From positions 1 to 42,664 of IMG/VR virus record IMGVR_UViG_3300037515_000227: 42,664 nt of DNA; one strand, written 5' to 3'. Shown here piece after piece: positions 34,852 through 42,664 of this stretch; position 1 is the first letter of the stretch, and the number at the start of each line of letters is the position of its first letter. Under the pieces are notes generated by a model. It saw only the letters and a list, made by a program, of their open reading frames with translations, did not search any database and had not been told where the DNA came from. This DNA is from a virus. Lineage: Duplodnaviria > Caudoviricetes. Made by a program: the position numbers and the translations under genes.

Positions 34852-35502
34852 TTAGTCCTGTGATTGGCGTGAGAGCACGTACGCGTTGAAGTCCGCGAGT
34901 TCGCCGTCCGCCAATGCCTCGTCCAGCGCTGGTGTTTCAGGCAGCGGCCGCTCAGCCACCACCAGGCCGTGCTGTCCCGCTCGGACAGCCAACACCTCGG
35001 CCCCTACGAATGCCGGGTCCTCGACGAATGCGAGATGATCCATGAAGGCCCGAAGAATCTTGCGTGATCTGGTGCGCTTATCCAGCCGCATGTCATTGAA
35101 AGTCTTGACCCGATAGCCGACCGATGGAAACGCGCCGCCCTCATCGGCGAGTGTCAGTGTCTCCTCGCCCCGGGGCGTGGAGTACATCTTGACTCGGGTG
35201 AACAGGCCGTCAGGATGCGACGGGTCCACCTTGACGACCCTGCCCACTGTGTCACCCTTGACATGCTCACGATTCACCTGGATGCGCCCGGCGTGACTCT
35301 CGATCCCGTCGAACGCGTGCCGGTCGAACGTCTCGCGCCACTGCTCACCACGCCAGAAGACTTTGTCCGACTCCTCGTTCCACGGGACGGCGATCAGATC
35401 CACCAGTCGAAGTTTCTTGTCGACGTCCTGCAATGTCGCGTTACGGTGCTCGACTTCCGATGAGATCACCCGATCGGCATCGCGGTCGACGGTTTCAGTC
35501 AC
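34852..35502 (-). CDS. HK97-family prohead protease
   Basis: AVPWN..ETFDRHAF..NREH..VGR..GL..SVGY..PAFVGAEV. Confidence 0.88.
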   Translation of the reverse strand: MTETVDRDADRVISSEVEHRNATLQDVDKKLRLVDLIAVPWNEESDKVFWRGEQWRETFDRHAFDGIESHAGRIQVNREHVKGDTVGRVVKVDPSHPDGLFTRVKMYSTPRGEETLTLADEGGAFPSVGYRVKTFNDMRLDKRTRSRKILRAFMDHLAFVEDPAFVGAEVLAVRAGQHGLVVAERPLPETPALDEALADGELADFNAYVLSRQSQD

Positions 35503-36725
35503 GACCGGCCACCTCCTGTCAGCGCCTCGGCCGACTCTGTACCGACCAGTCGCTCCATCGTTCGCCACTCCTCAGCGGTAAGCACGCCACGATCGAACAG
35601 GATGGCGTTCGCCTCGGCCCGCTCCTTGAACGCCGGACGCGAGTACTCGTCACGGTTCAACTCGGCCGACTGGCCCCGCGGCAGCGCCCACCCGGACAGC
35701 GCCGACATGACATGCACCGTCGCTGTCTTGAGATATCGCCGATCGTGGAAGTCGAAGAGACTGGTCGCGTTGCTATAAGTGACGGAATCACCGGATGGTA
35801 GGCCCAGCAGGAACGGATGCACGCCCAGTAGCACGGCGATCCGGGACTCGTTGAACTGCGCCAACTCCAGCAACGCCATGTCCTGTGGCGATATCTGCAA
35901 CTGCTTCGCCGTCACCCCGCCGGACAGCACCGCCGGCTTGCCCAGGTTCCGGGTGCGCGAATCCCACCACTGCTGCAGCAGGTCATCGGCCTCGGTCTTG
36001 GTCAGCCGCCGCGGCACCTCGAGCGCATAGTACGGGATACCGCCACCCTCAGCGATCTCCGTCGCATACCGGGCCAGCACACCGGCCGCGACCAGCCGGG
36101 CCTTGCCCGACTCCAACGGGCCAACACCCCGCGCGCCGTCCGTCGTGGACTTGTAACGGATGTGTAGCACATCGTCCGTCACATCCAGCGACCCCAAGTT
36201 GTACACCCGGCGCCCGCCGGCCATCTCCACATTGATCAGCCACGGCGGGATCACCCGGAAGTTGTACGGGAACCCGTCGGCGGCGCGGGCCATCGGCAAC
36301 ACGAACGCCTCGCCGAGCTGGTAGTCCCAGAACAGCTGCTTGGCGAATTCGGCCCACGACGTGTAGATCATCGGGTCCGGGTTCATCATCCACGTCGTCG
36401 GCGGCAACACAACACCGCCGCGCGTGCGGTACACCGGCATCGCTGAGAGTACCGACGCATTCAGGTCAAGCGCCGCCCACGCCGTGTCCACGAGCTCCTC
36501 GAACTTCGGGCCCATCTGTCCCCATGCGGGGGTGGCCCAACTGGCCGGCCACCCGTCCCACGGCGACGTGACCACCGCGGCCATCCGGTTGTTGCTCGGC
36601 TCGGCATCCGCGAACTCGAACCCGTCCGGATCGCCCGGCGTATACGTCGGCCCGACACTGTCCGGATCGCCCACGGTCGCGTTCGGAGTCGCACCGGCCC
36701 CGGTGAGCCAATCCCAGAAACCCAT
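35499..36725 (-). CDS. Portal protein (HK97-like)
   Basis: PDP..GEAF..VLHIR..GVGPL..PAVLSGG..IAVLLGV..TYSN. Confidence 0.93.
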   Translation of the reverse strand: MGFWDWLTGAGATPNATVGDPDSVGPTYTPGDPDGFEFADAEPSNNRMAAVVTSPWDGWPASWATPAWGQMGPKFEELVDTAWAALDLNASVLSAMPVYRTRGGVVLPPTTWMMNPDPMIYTSWAEFAKQLFWDYQLGEAFVLPMARAADGFPYNFRVIPPWLINVEMAGGRRVYNLGSLDVTDDVLHIRYKSTTDGARGVGPLESGKARLVAAGVLARYATEIAEGGGIPYYALEVPRRLTKTEADDLLQQWWDSRTRNLGKPAVLSGGVTAKQLQISPQDMALLELAQFNESRIAVLLGVHPFLLGLPSGDSVTYSNATSLFDFHDRRYLKTATVHVMSALSGWALPRGQSAELNRDEYSRPAFKERAEANAILFDRGVLTAEEWRTMERLVGTESAEALTGGGRS

Positions 36726-36740
36726 GGCCCACCTCACATC

Positions 36741-38144
36741 TCAGAAGATCGCCGGAAGAACACGCTGAACCTGCAACGCCCACCACGCGGCGAACGTCAC
36801 GGCCTCCAATGGAGAAATGTCGGACTCGGACTGGCGTCGGCCCCACGCCCAACGGTCACCCACCGTGCGCTTCACAGCCGCCGCCACAGCCCTATCCAGG
36901 TCGTCGAACGACTCGTGATGCAGCAGACGATCCTGCACTAAGTCGAAGATGCCGGCGCAGGAATCCAGGACCTCAGCCGTGTCCATCACTCGCAGTTGAA
37001 CACCGGCGTCTTCAAACGCGGGGATCAACACAGCCGCCGGACCGTGCCCGTCGATCACCACATCCACGCGATGTTCATCTTGCAACTGCTTCGCTCGAGG
37101 CACCAACCACTGAATCCCGGGACCGTGCTGCAGCGGCTTGACGTACACATCCGGATCGTCCACAGCCGCCGCGGCGATCGTGCCGTGCCGCAATTCGTAC
37201 GACGCGGCAACCGCCAACGCGCCGATCTTCAACCCCACTGGGCGAGGTCCACCGGCGCACGACTCCCACCGGCCCGCCCCGAACACCGACAATCCGTCTT
37301 CCTCGCACGGGTCCCACACACATAGATGCTCGCGGGCGAACAACTCCGGTCCCAACGTCCGCAATTGCTCAGCCAGAAATCCCGGCGCGATCCGCGCCGG
37401 GAAGGCGGGGTTCGCCACAATCCATGCCTCGACATCAGCCGGGTTGGGACGCAACGACAACACTCGGTCATCAACCAAACTGACCTGCTCGGCCGAATTC
37501 TCCAACCAGGCGAAATCCCCTGCATCACCAGCCAGCGCCCGCTTACGCAGCATCCACCACTGCACCGAACGGCCCTCGATGCCAGCCGAGCCGGTGAAGT
37601 TCGTCTGCGGATTCGGATTCACCGCCAGAATCGGCGTCGAGCTCGCCAACTGCTCCGGCTGCGCCCACTGAGCCTCATCCACTACCAGCCGGGCGATGTC
37701 GTCTAACCCGCGACCCCCGCCGGCTGTCCGAGTCCGGTAGACGATTACGCCGCCGTTCACCATCTCAATCGACTGGTCACCATTGGCGTACCGAACCTTG
37801 CTGATCTTGCGGCGCAGATCCCGATGGCCCTCCAGATGGCCGATCAGCCGCTGATGTGCCGACTTCGCCGTCGGGATCTCATGCGCCGTGTGGACGATCG
37901 GCGCCGCCCGTTGCGTCAAATCCCACGCCTCAACAACCTCGACCTCATCGCCCTTGCCATTCTGGCGGGACGCCGCCCGGCCCGTAGTGCGAGCCGCCCA
38001 TGTCCCGTCAGCCTGCACAGCCATCATGTGCTCGACCGCCAGCCGCTGCGCCGGATCTAGAGCTTTACGGCTGTAGAACTCCCACTGCTCGATCGCAGCG
38101 TGCGCCTCATCCAGATTTGCGGCGGCGGGCGGGTGGACGACCAA
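36741..38144 (-). CDS. terL: Terminase large subunit (start approximate)
   Basis: LDPAQ, RQNGK Walker A, LVVDEA Walker B, ANP, DISPLEA. Confidence 0.94.
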   Translation of the reverse strand: MVVHPPAAANLDEAHAAIEQWEFYSRKALDPAQRLAVEHMMAVQADGTWAARTTGRAASRQNGKGDEVEVVEAWDLTQRAAPIVHTAHEIPTAKSAHQRLIGHLEGHRDLRRKISKVRYANGDQSIEMVNGGVIVYRTRTAGGGRGLDDIARLVVDEAQWAQPEQLASSTPILAVNPNPQTNFTGSAGIEGRSVQWWMLRKRALAGDAGDFAWLENSAEQVSLVDDRVLSLRPNPADVEAWIVANPAFPARIAPGFLAEQLRTLGPELFAREHLCVWDPCEEDGLSVFGAGRWESCAGGPRPVGLKIGALAVAASYELRHGTIAAAAVDDPDVYVKPLQHGPGIQWLVPRAKQLQDEHRVDVVIDGHGPAAVLIPAFEDAGVQLRVMDTAEVLDSCAGIFDLVQDRLLHHESFDDLDRAVAAAVKRTVGDRWAWGRRQSESDISPLEAVTFAAWWALQVQRVLPAIF

Positions 38145-38334
38145 TGCTGGAGCGGGCGCGGCGCTCTGCCAACTGATCGACAAGAGCAACCTCCTTCGGT
38201 GCACTGATCCGCTCCAACTCCAACGACATCAGCCGCCGCTCCCTGACGATGGCCGCAGCAGCAGATCCCTCGGCATCCTGCAGCTTCCGGCCCAACTCTT
38301 CGTAATCCGCCCGAAGATCGGTTTCCCGGTCCAT
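38107..38334 (-). CDS. terS: Terminase small subunit
   Basis: Short helical ORF overlapping terL; VDQLAERR. Confidence 0.78.
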   Translation of the reverse strand: MDRETDLRADYEELGRKLQDAEGSAAAAIVRERRLMSLELERISAPKEVALVDQLAERRARSSIGRPPARRRKSG

Positions 38335-38412
38335 GATCACCCCAGGGATTCTGATGGGAGAGAAAGCAGCCGAGTATCGGCCGGCAGGTCGAAGGTGATC
38401 AAAAAAAGTGGA

Positions 38413-38688
38413 TCACCACGGTCGGTTGAAACTGATCACTCGTGTTGCTCTCCGTCGCCTGCGTCGGTCGCCTGCTCGTTGATTGCAACTCGCGTGTTCG
38501 AGTCGAAGCGGCGAACGAACGCCACCATCGACGACGTCGATCATGTGGCCGACGTGCAGCCGTTGCCCGATGGCCATGGGTTGGCCGCACCGGGGGCAGG
38601 GCAGGGTACCAGCAGCGGCCAGTCTGGCGAGGAGCAGGGGTCGGGCGCGCTTGCGTTGGGCACGGGTAGTGTCGGTTGGTCCTGCCAT
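38413..38688 (-). CDS. Packaging-associated HNH endonuclease
   Basis: CPRCGQP..HVGH..EHASCN just upstream of terS. Confidence 0.82.
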   Translation of the reverse strand: MAGPTDTTRAQRKRARPLLLARLAAAGTLPCPRCGQPMAIGQRLHVGHMIDVVDGGVRSPLRLEHASCNQRAGDRRRRRRATRVISFNRPW

Positions 38689-38833
38689 GGGTGGCCGTCC
38701 ATGCGGTGACGAGGTGGTAGGTGCGGGGTAGCCACGTCGGTGGGCTGTATGCGGGGCCTACAACCGGGGGCTGTGCCGGGAGGAGTGGGCTGAGGGTGGG
38801 CATACCTCCGCCACGGCACCCACTATGCGGCAT

Positions 38834-39427
38834 TCAACCCGTGCCGGTCAAGTCGGCACGCTGGGCGTCGAGCATGGCACCCAGCACACCCACATCGGCG
38901 GCACCCCAGTCGGCGCCGCACTCCCGGCACCAGGCAGCCGAGACATCCCACGCCACTCGCAGCATCCGGTGTGTGCAGTAGGGGCAGGGGTCTCGCAGGT
39001 CACGGGGTCTGCCGTCCCAGTGGGATTCGACCCTGGCCATGCGCCACCACGACTTGACCTGCTCGGCTAGGTGGGGGTAGGTGGGGTGGCCGGCGAGCAG
39101 GTGCAGATTGCCTTCGACGGTGTCGCGGGGGGTGAGCTGTAGCCGGCGGGTGATCCAGCCGGCTGAGCCGGCTTCGATGCGTAGCAGGACGTCGAGGGCG
39201 GACAGGGCGACGGGTGGCTTGGACTTGCCGGCACGGGAGCCGACGTCGTCGAGCAGGCCGGGTTCGCAGACGGCGCGGAGTTGGTTGAGGAGGCTGGGAT
39301 GGTCGCTGGCGTAGGTGCGCAGGCTGTTGGTGCCGTTGTGGCGTGCCCAGTAGGGCTCGCGGTGGGTGTAGGACTCGGTGAGTTCGCTGACCATGTCGGC
39401 GATATCGGCCTGCTGGTTTTGGCTCAC
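38834..39427 (-). CDS. Hypothetical protein with C-terminal zinc ribbon (late-regulator position)
   Basis: CPYC..CRECG. Confidence 0.68.
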   Translation of the reverse strand: MSQNQQADIADMVSELTESYTHREPYWARHNGTNSLRTYASDHPSLLNQLRAVCEPGLLDDVGSRAGKSKPPVALSALDVLLRIEAGSAGWITRRLQLTPRDTVEGNLHLLAGHPTYPHLAEQVKSWWRMARVESHWDGRPRDLRDPCPYCTHRMLRVAWDVSAAWCRECGADWGAADVGVLGAMLDAQRADLTGTG

Positions 39428-39813
39428 GTCGTGTTCTTCCTCGCGGCGTGCAGGGCGGCGCGGGCTGCGGCGGCGCCAGCGTGGGGGTCGGCGAGTCGGG
39501 CGCAGGTGTGCGGTTCGCCGTGGACCACCCATGACCCGCACCTGCAGCGGCCTTCGAGCCGGTCGTTAGTGGGCGTGGCCGCTGCCTGGTTGTTGCCGGC
39601 GGCTACGGCGTCCCACCACGGCCCGTGCTCGAGCACCCTTGCCGGTGTGGCGGTGTTGGGGTCGGCGGCCACCCAGGCGAGTGCGATGAGTGCGTCTCGG
39701 AACGGTCGGTGGGACAGGTGTTTGACGATGTGGGTGGTGAGTGATGCTTGTGGCCAGTCGGGCCGGATGCAGTTGATGATGGCGGCGAGCCGGGTGGTGT
39801 CGGTCAGGTCCAT
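39424..39813 (-). CDS. Replication-region hypothetical protein
   Basis: IRPDW..TPARV..GPWW. Confidence 0.65.
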   Translation of the reverse strand: MDLTDTTRLAAIINCIRPDWPQASLTTHIVKHLSHRPFRDALIALAWVAADPNTATPARVLEHGPWWDAVAAGNNQAAATPTNDRLEGRCRCGSWVVHGEPHTCARLADPHAGAAAARAALHAARKNTT

Positions 39814-39883
39814 GTCCAAGCCCAATCGTCGGCGGCTGGTGGCTTACTTGGTCTCCGTGACGGATTGGTCTTGGAGGTAGTAG

Positions 39884-40001
39884 TTATCCCTTCCATTCCT
39901 CTTCCTTATCCCTTCCTGACAGAGCGGCTCCGGTCTCATTCCGTGATTCGCTCCGTCAGCGTTCCGGAATCGTTCCGGAGCGATTCCGGTCTCATTCCGG
40001 A
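39884..40001. repeat. Putative replication origin: 11-bp-phased iterons plus pyrimidine-rich repeats
   Basis: ttccgg at 39962, 39973, 39984, 39995; tccggtctcattccg at 39929 and 39985; ttatcccttcc at 39884 and 39906. Confidence 0.7.
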
Positions 40002-40348
40002 AACAGCCCGTCGTGTGGAGGTGGCGGTAACGAGGACGGCTGGCGATGCGAGATCTTTTGATGCCTTCGCCACTTGGGGATGGCGCCGCAATGAACCCGG
40101 CCGCCGTTATACAGCACAACCATGCCCTGACCTGCGAGTTCATCGAGCCAGTTCCGTAGGCGGCGACCCGTAACATCCTCATCATTCGGGAACACGTATC
40201 CTGCGATGGCCTGATGACTGGCGAGGAATCGGCCTTCATCGTCGGCCATTGAGACCAAGCCAAGGAACAGTAGACGAGCTTCCCTGGAGAGCTCGGCGAC
40301 CCGTTCGTCGCCCCAGAACGAGGGCTTGACTGTGCGGATTCGCGGCAC
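39992..40348 (-). CDS. RepA-like replication initiator (N-terminal domain only, 118 aa)
   Basis: PRIRTVKPSFW..ARLLFLGL..ADDEGR..W.RHQKI. Confidence 0.82.
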   Translation of the reverse strand: MPRIRTVKPSFWGDERVAELSREARLLFLGLVSMADDEGRFLASHQAIAGYVFPNDEDVTGRRLRNWLDELAGQGMVVLYNGGRVHCGAIPKWRRHQKISHRQPSSLPPPPHDGLFPE

Positions 40349-40447
40349 GTTTTCACCCCTCTCAAGTGATCCACTTCTTCGCTGTTACCATTCTGTAACC
40401 ATGTTTTGGAGATCCACTTCTATGTTGGATCTTGAGAACCATCGTTC

Positions 40448-40633
40448 TTAGGCCACATTTCGCATCGCCTCGGCCCTCTTCTCCCGCCTTTGCCGTCGTG
40501 CCCGCATGCTCAGTTCGTGGTCGAGTTCGGCTCGTCTGGCGGCGGTGACGTCGGGGTCTTCCCAGCGCATGCGGGCGAGGATTTTCCAGGCGCGGCGGGC
40601 CAGGTCGGCGGTGGCGAGCTCGGCGGGAGTCAC
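40448..40633 (-). CDS. Small hypothetical protein
   Basis: GTGA coupling. Confidence 0.55.
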   Translation of the reverse strand: MTPAELATADLARRAWKILARMRWEDPDVTAARRAELDHELSMRARRQRREKRAEAMRNVA

Positions 40634-40842
40634 GGTGGCCACGTCTCGGTGTATTCGATCTCGGCGACGTGGTCGCCATCGTGGCCCTTCGGTTCGAAGC
40701 AGGTCGGCAACGGGACGCGGCCTGTCGCGTAGGTCCCGGGCTTGAGTTCGCCGCACGGCTCGTAGGGCTCGATCTCGATCGGCGGGTCGAACGTCAGGAC
40801 TGTGCTCTTGCAGGTTGGGCAATACCGAGTCTCACTGGTCAT
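40630..40842 (-). CDS. Small zinc-binding protein
   Basis: CPTC..C..GHDGDH; RBS GAGGAGG. Confidence 0.6.
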   Translation of the reverse strand: MTSETRYCPTCKSTVLTFDPPIEIEPYEPCGELKPGTYATGRVPLPTCFEPKGHDGDHVAEIEYTETWPP

Positions 40843-41059
40843 CGTCGTCCTCCTCATCGCCCCACGGCACACAGTCGAAGTGCGCGTACCTGCCGTCGTT
40901 GACCGACGCGATCTCGCTGCCGGCGAGCACGTCGAACTCGCAGAACTCGCACATGCCGAGCCCGACCGGGGCGATGTCCCGTTCGGGTGGGCGGGCGATC
41001 CAGTCGTGCTGGATTTCGACGGTGATGCCGTTGCGGGTGGTGCGGTAGTCGCCGGTCAC
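40832..41059 (-). CDS. Small hypothetical protein
   Basis: CEFC..HFDC. Confidence 0.6.
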   Translation of the reverse strand: MTGDYRTTRNGITVEIQHDWIARPPERDIAPVGLGMCEFCEFDVLAGSEIASVNDGRYAHFDCVPWGDEEDDDDQ

Positions 41060-41844
41060 GGCTGCTCACCGAAGCCGGGGTTGTCGGCGGGCTCGTCTAG
41101 GCTGGACTGCTCGGGCTGCTTCCCGCCGGGGCCTCTGTTGAGCCAGTCGATGACGGTCGAGGTCTCGTCGTAGTTGAGGTCCGCCGTGGACTCGACCGGA
41201 TGACCGAGGGCTTTCGCGGCGAATGTGACGCGGGCGTCGTGTCCGGTGATTCCGTGCTCGGTGAACAGGGCGTGCATCTTGCCTTTCTGTCCGTCTGTCT
41301 GTGGCCGTTCCTCGCCGGGCAGTGGTGGTGGGGCGGCTGCTCGTTGTGTCCGCTGAGCCGTGCGCGCCTGGTCGTTCGGCTGCGGCGGCCGACTCTGTCG
41401 GGGGCGGGTGCTACGTTGAGCGGTTCCCCTGCCAGCCTGCGCCTCGGCCTCTGCGGTGGCGCCGTCGTCGTCGTCCTCTGGCGCGACTCCGGTCATGGCG
41501 CACAGCGTGTAACGGCGGCCGTACGTGATGGCCGAGCCGAGCGCCTGGGGGGTGCCGGTCGACGGCAGCGGGTACTCGCCGTCTTCGCGGTCGCCGGAGG
41601 TGTGCAGCAGTGAGCAGGCGAGCACGAACCGGTCGCCGGAGAACTTCGGGGTGGCGATGAACGACAGTCCGAGCTCGCCGAGCATGGGCATGATCTGCGC
41701 GCTGATGCCGGCCAGGCCGGCGTACGTGTACGAGTAGCTGCCCTTGGTGGTCGTCACGTCGGCGCGTTCAGTCTTCTTGATCTCTGGCAGCTTGGTCTGC
41801 AGCACCGCGAGGGCGGCGGCCAGGTTGGTCGGGTTCTCGCTCAT
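41056..41844 (-). CDS. erf: ERF family single-strand annealing protein
   Basis: YSYTYA..LLHTSG..PQALGSAITYGRRYTL..GVAPEDDDDG. Confidence 0.92.
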   Translation of the reverse strand: MSENPTNLAAALAVLQTKLPEIKKTERADVTTTKGSYSYTYAGLAGISAQIMPMLGELGLSFIATPKFSGDRFVLACSLLHTSGDREDGEYPLPSTGTPQALGSAITYGRRYTLCAMTGVAPEDDDDGATAEAEAQAGRGTAQRSTRPRQSRPPQPNDQARTAQRTQRAAAPPPLPGEERPQTDGQKGKMHALFTEHGITGHDARVTFAAKALGHPVESTADLNYDETSTVIDWLNRGPGGKQPEQSSLDEPADNPGFGEQP

Positions 41845-42656
41845 GCGCCCTCCCGGACGAGTCGGTAAGTGCTCTCGTATGGACTGCGGATCGGTTCGCC
41901 TACGAGGTCGCGGGAGACCTCCATGAACTCGGCGATCTGCTGTACGTAGAGGAAGTAGCGCAACTGGACTTCGTCGACTTCGAGTGGCACGAGGTCGTAC
42001 CCGTCGGGGCGGACCCACACGGCGCCGGCCATGTCGACCTCGGGCATGTCGTGTTCTTCGCCGTCCTCGTCGATCCAGGATTCGGCGTAGCGGTAGGCGG
42101 CGACCTGTAGAGCGGTCTCGCCGTAGATGCCGGTGCGGTTGGTTTTGATGTCCAATAGCCAGGTCAGTCGGCGCCGTTGCTCTGGGTCCGGTTCGGGATC
42201 GTCCGGGTCGAGCAGGTCGGCGATCAGGTCGAAGGTGCCGCAGTAGTTGTGCGCGGCGTTGTGGATGGTCTGCTCGACGAGGATGGGACGGACGTCGAAC
42301 TCGTCGAGAAACCGCACGTACGATTCGACGTGTCCGGTGAGCTCGTCGGGGACGGTGACCTGGTCGCCGTGAACGAGCCGCTGCGCCAGGTCGTGGACCT
42401 TGGTGCCCTTGTTGGCGGCAGCGTCCTTGGCGGCATAGCGGGCGCCCTGGAGGGTCTTGAGCCGAACCGACGGGCTGAGTTCTGATAGTTCGTCCCAGTG
42501 ATCGACGGCATATTCGGCGGTGGCGCTGCCTGCCCAGTTGATGAGGGCGGGCTTGGGGATGCCCTTGTCGGTGAAGCTGGTGACGCCTGGGACTCGTTGG
42601 CCGGTGTCGGTGTCGATGTACCAGTGGTTCTTGCCTCTGTCGACGCGCTTGATCAC
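41841..42656 (-). CDS. PD-(D/E)XK exonuclease (RecB/Cas4-like), partner of ERF
   Basis: PGVT, GTKVH, E, YCGTFD, DIKT, LQVAAY. Confidence 0.88.
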   Translation of the reverse strand: MIKRVDRGKNHWYIDTDTGQRVPGVTSFTDKGIPKPALINWAGSATAEYAVDHWDELSELSPSVRLKTLQGARYAAKDAAANKGTKVHDLAQRLVHGDQVTVPDELTGHVESYVRFLDEFDVRPILVEQTIHNAAHNYCGTFDLIADLLDPDDPEPDPEQRRRLTWLLDIKTNRTGIYGETALQVAAYRYAESWIDEDGEEHDMPEVDMAGAVWVRPDGYDLVPLEVDEVQLRYFLYVQQIAEFMEVSRDLVGEPIRSPYESTYRLVREGA

Positions 42657-42664
42657 TGCTGGCT
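41961..42664. repeat. Imperfect direct terminal repeat, right copy
   Basis: See 1-704. Confidence 0.97.

Noticed and set aside
41845-42018. Long N-terminal extensions in the ORF track (ERF, MTase, whiB, terL)
   Set aside because: They overlap well-supported upstream genes; internal starts were used instead.
41841-42656. Cas4-like nuclease suggesting CRISPR
   Set aside because: No repeat-spacer array or other cas genes seen; adjacency to ERF indicates a recombination exonuclease.

Overview
The window is an apparently complete ~42 kb temperate siphovirus genome (high GC, two WhiB genes, so probably an Actinomycetota host), circularly permuted and read mostly on the minus strand. Gene order on the minus strand: PD-(D/E)XK exonuclease and ERF recombinase, short replication initiator with an iteron array, HNH, TerS, TerL, portal, protease, HK97-type capsid, head-tail connectors, major tail protein, frameshifted tail chaperones, tape measure, two minor tail proteins, amidase endolysin and membrane proteins, then a second structural block (146-aa subunit, beta-helix spike, FN3 protein, Ala/Thr/Val repeat protein). 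A plus-strand lysogeny operon (8117-12768) carries a repressor, an HNH/C2H2 protein, a tyrosine integrase, a DUF4190-like membrane protein and a secreted metzincin. The early operon holds a Cro/Xis-like gene, many small ORFs, an Hjc-type resolvase, two WhiBs and an orphan DNA methyltransferase. The two ends overlap by 704 bp but differ at 26 sites, 25 of them synonymous. Best leads: a putative ruler-plus-subunit fibre module, a possible integration-dependent immunity switch with extra genes between repressor and integrase, a candidate antisense small RNA, and single genes bracketed by duplicated gene junctions. All family calls come from motif recognition by eye; no searches were run.
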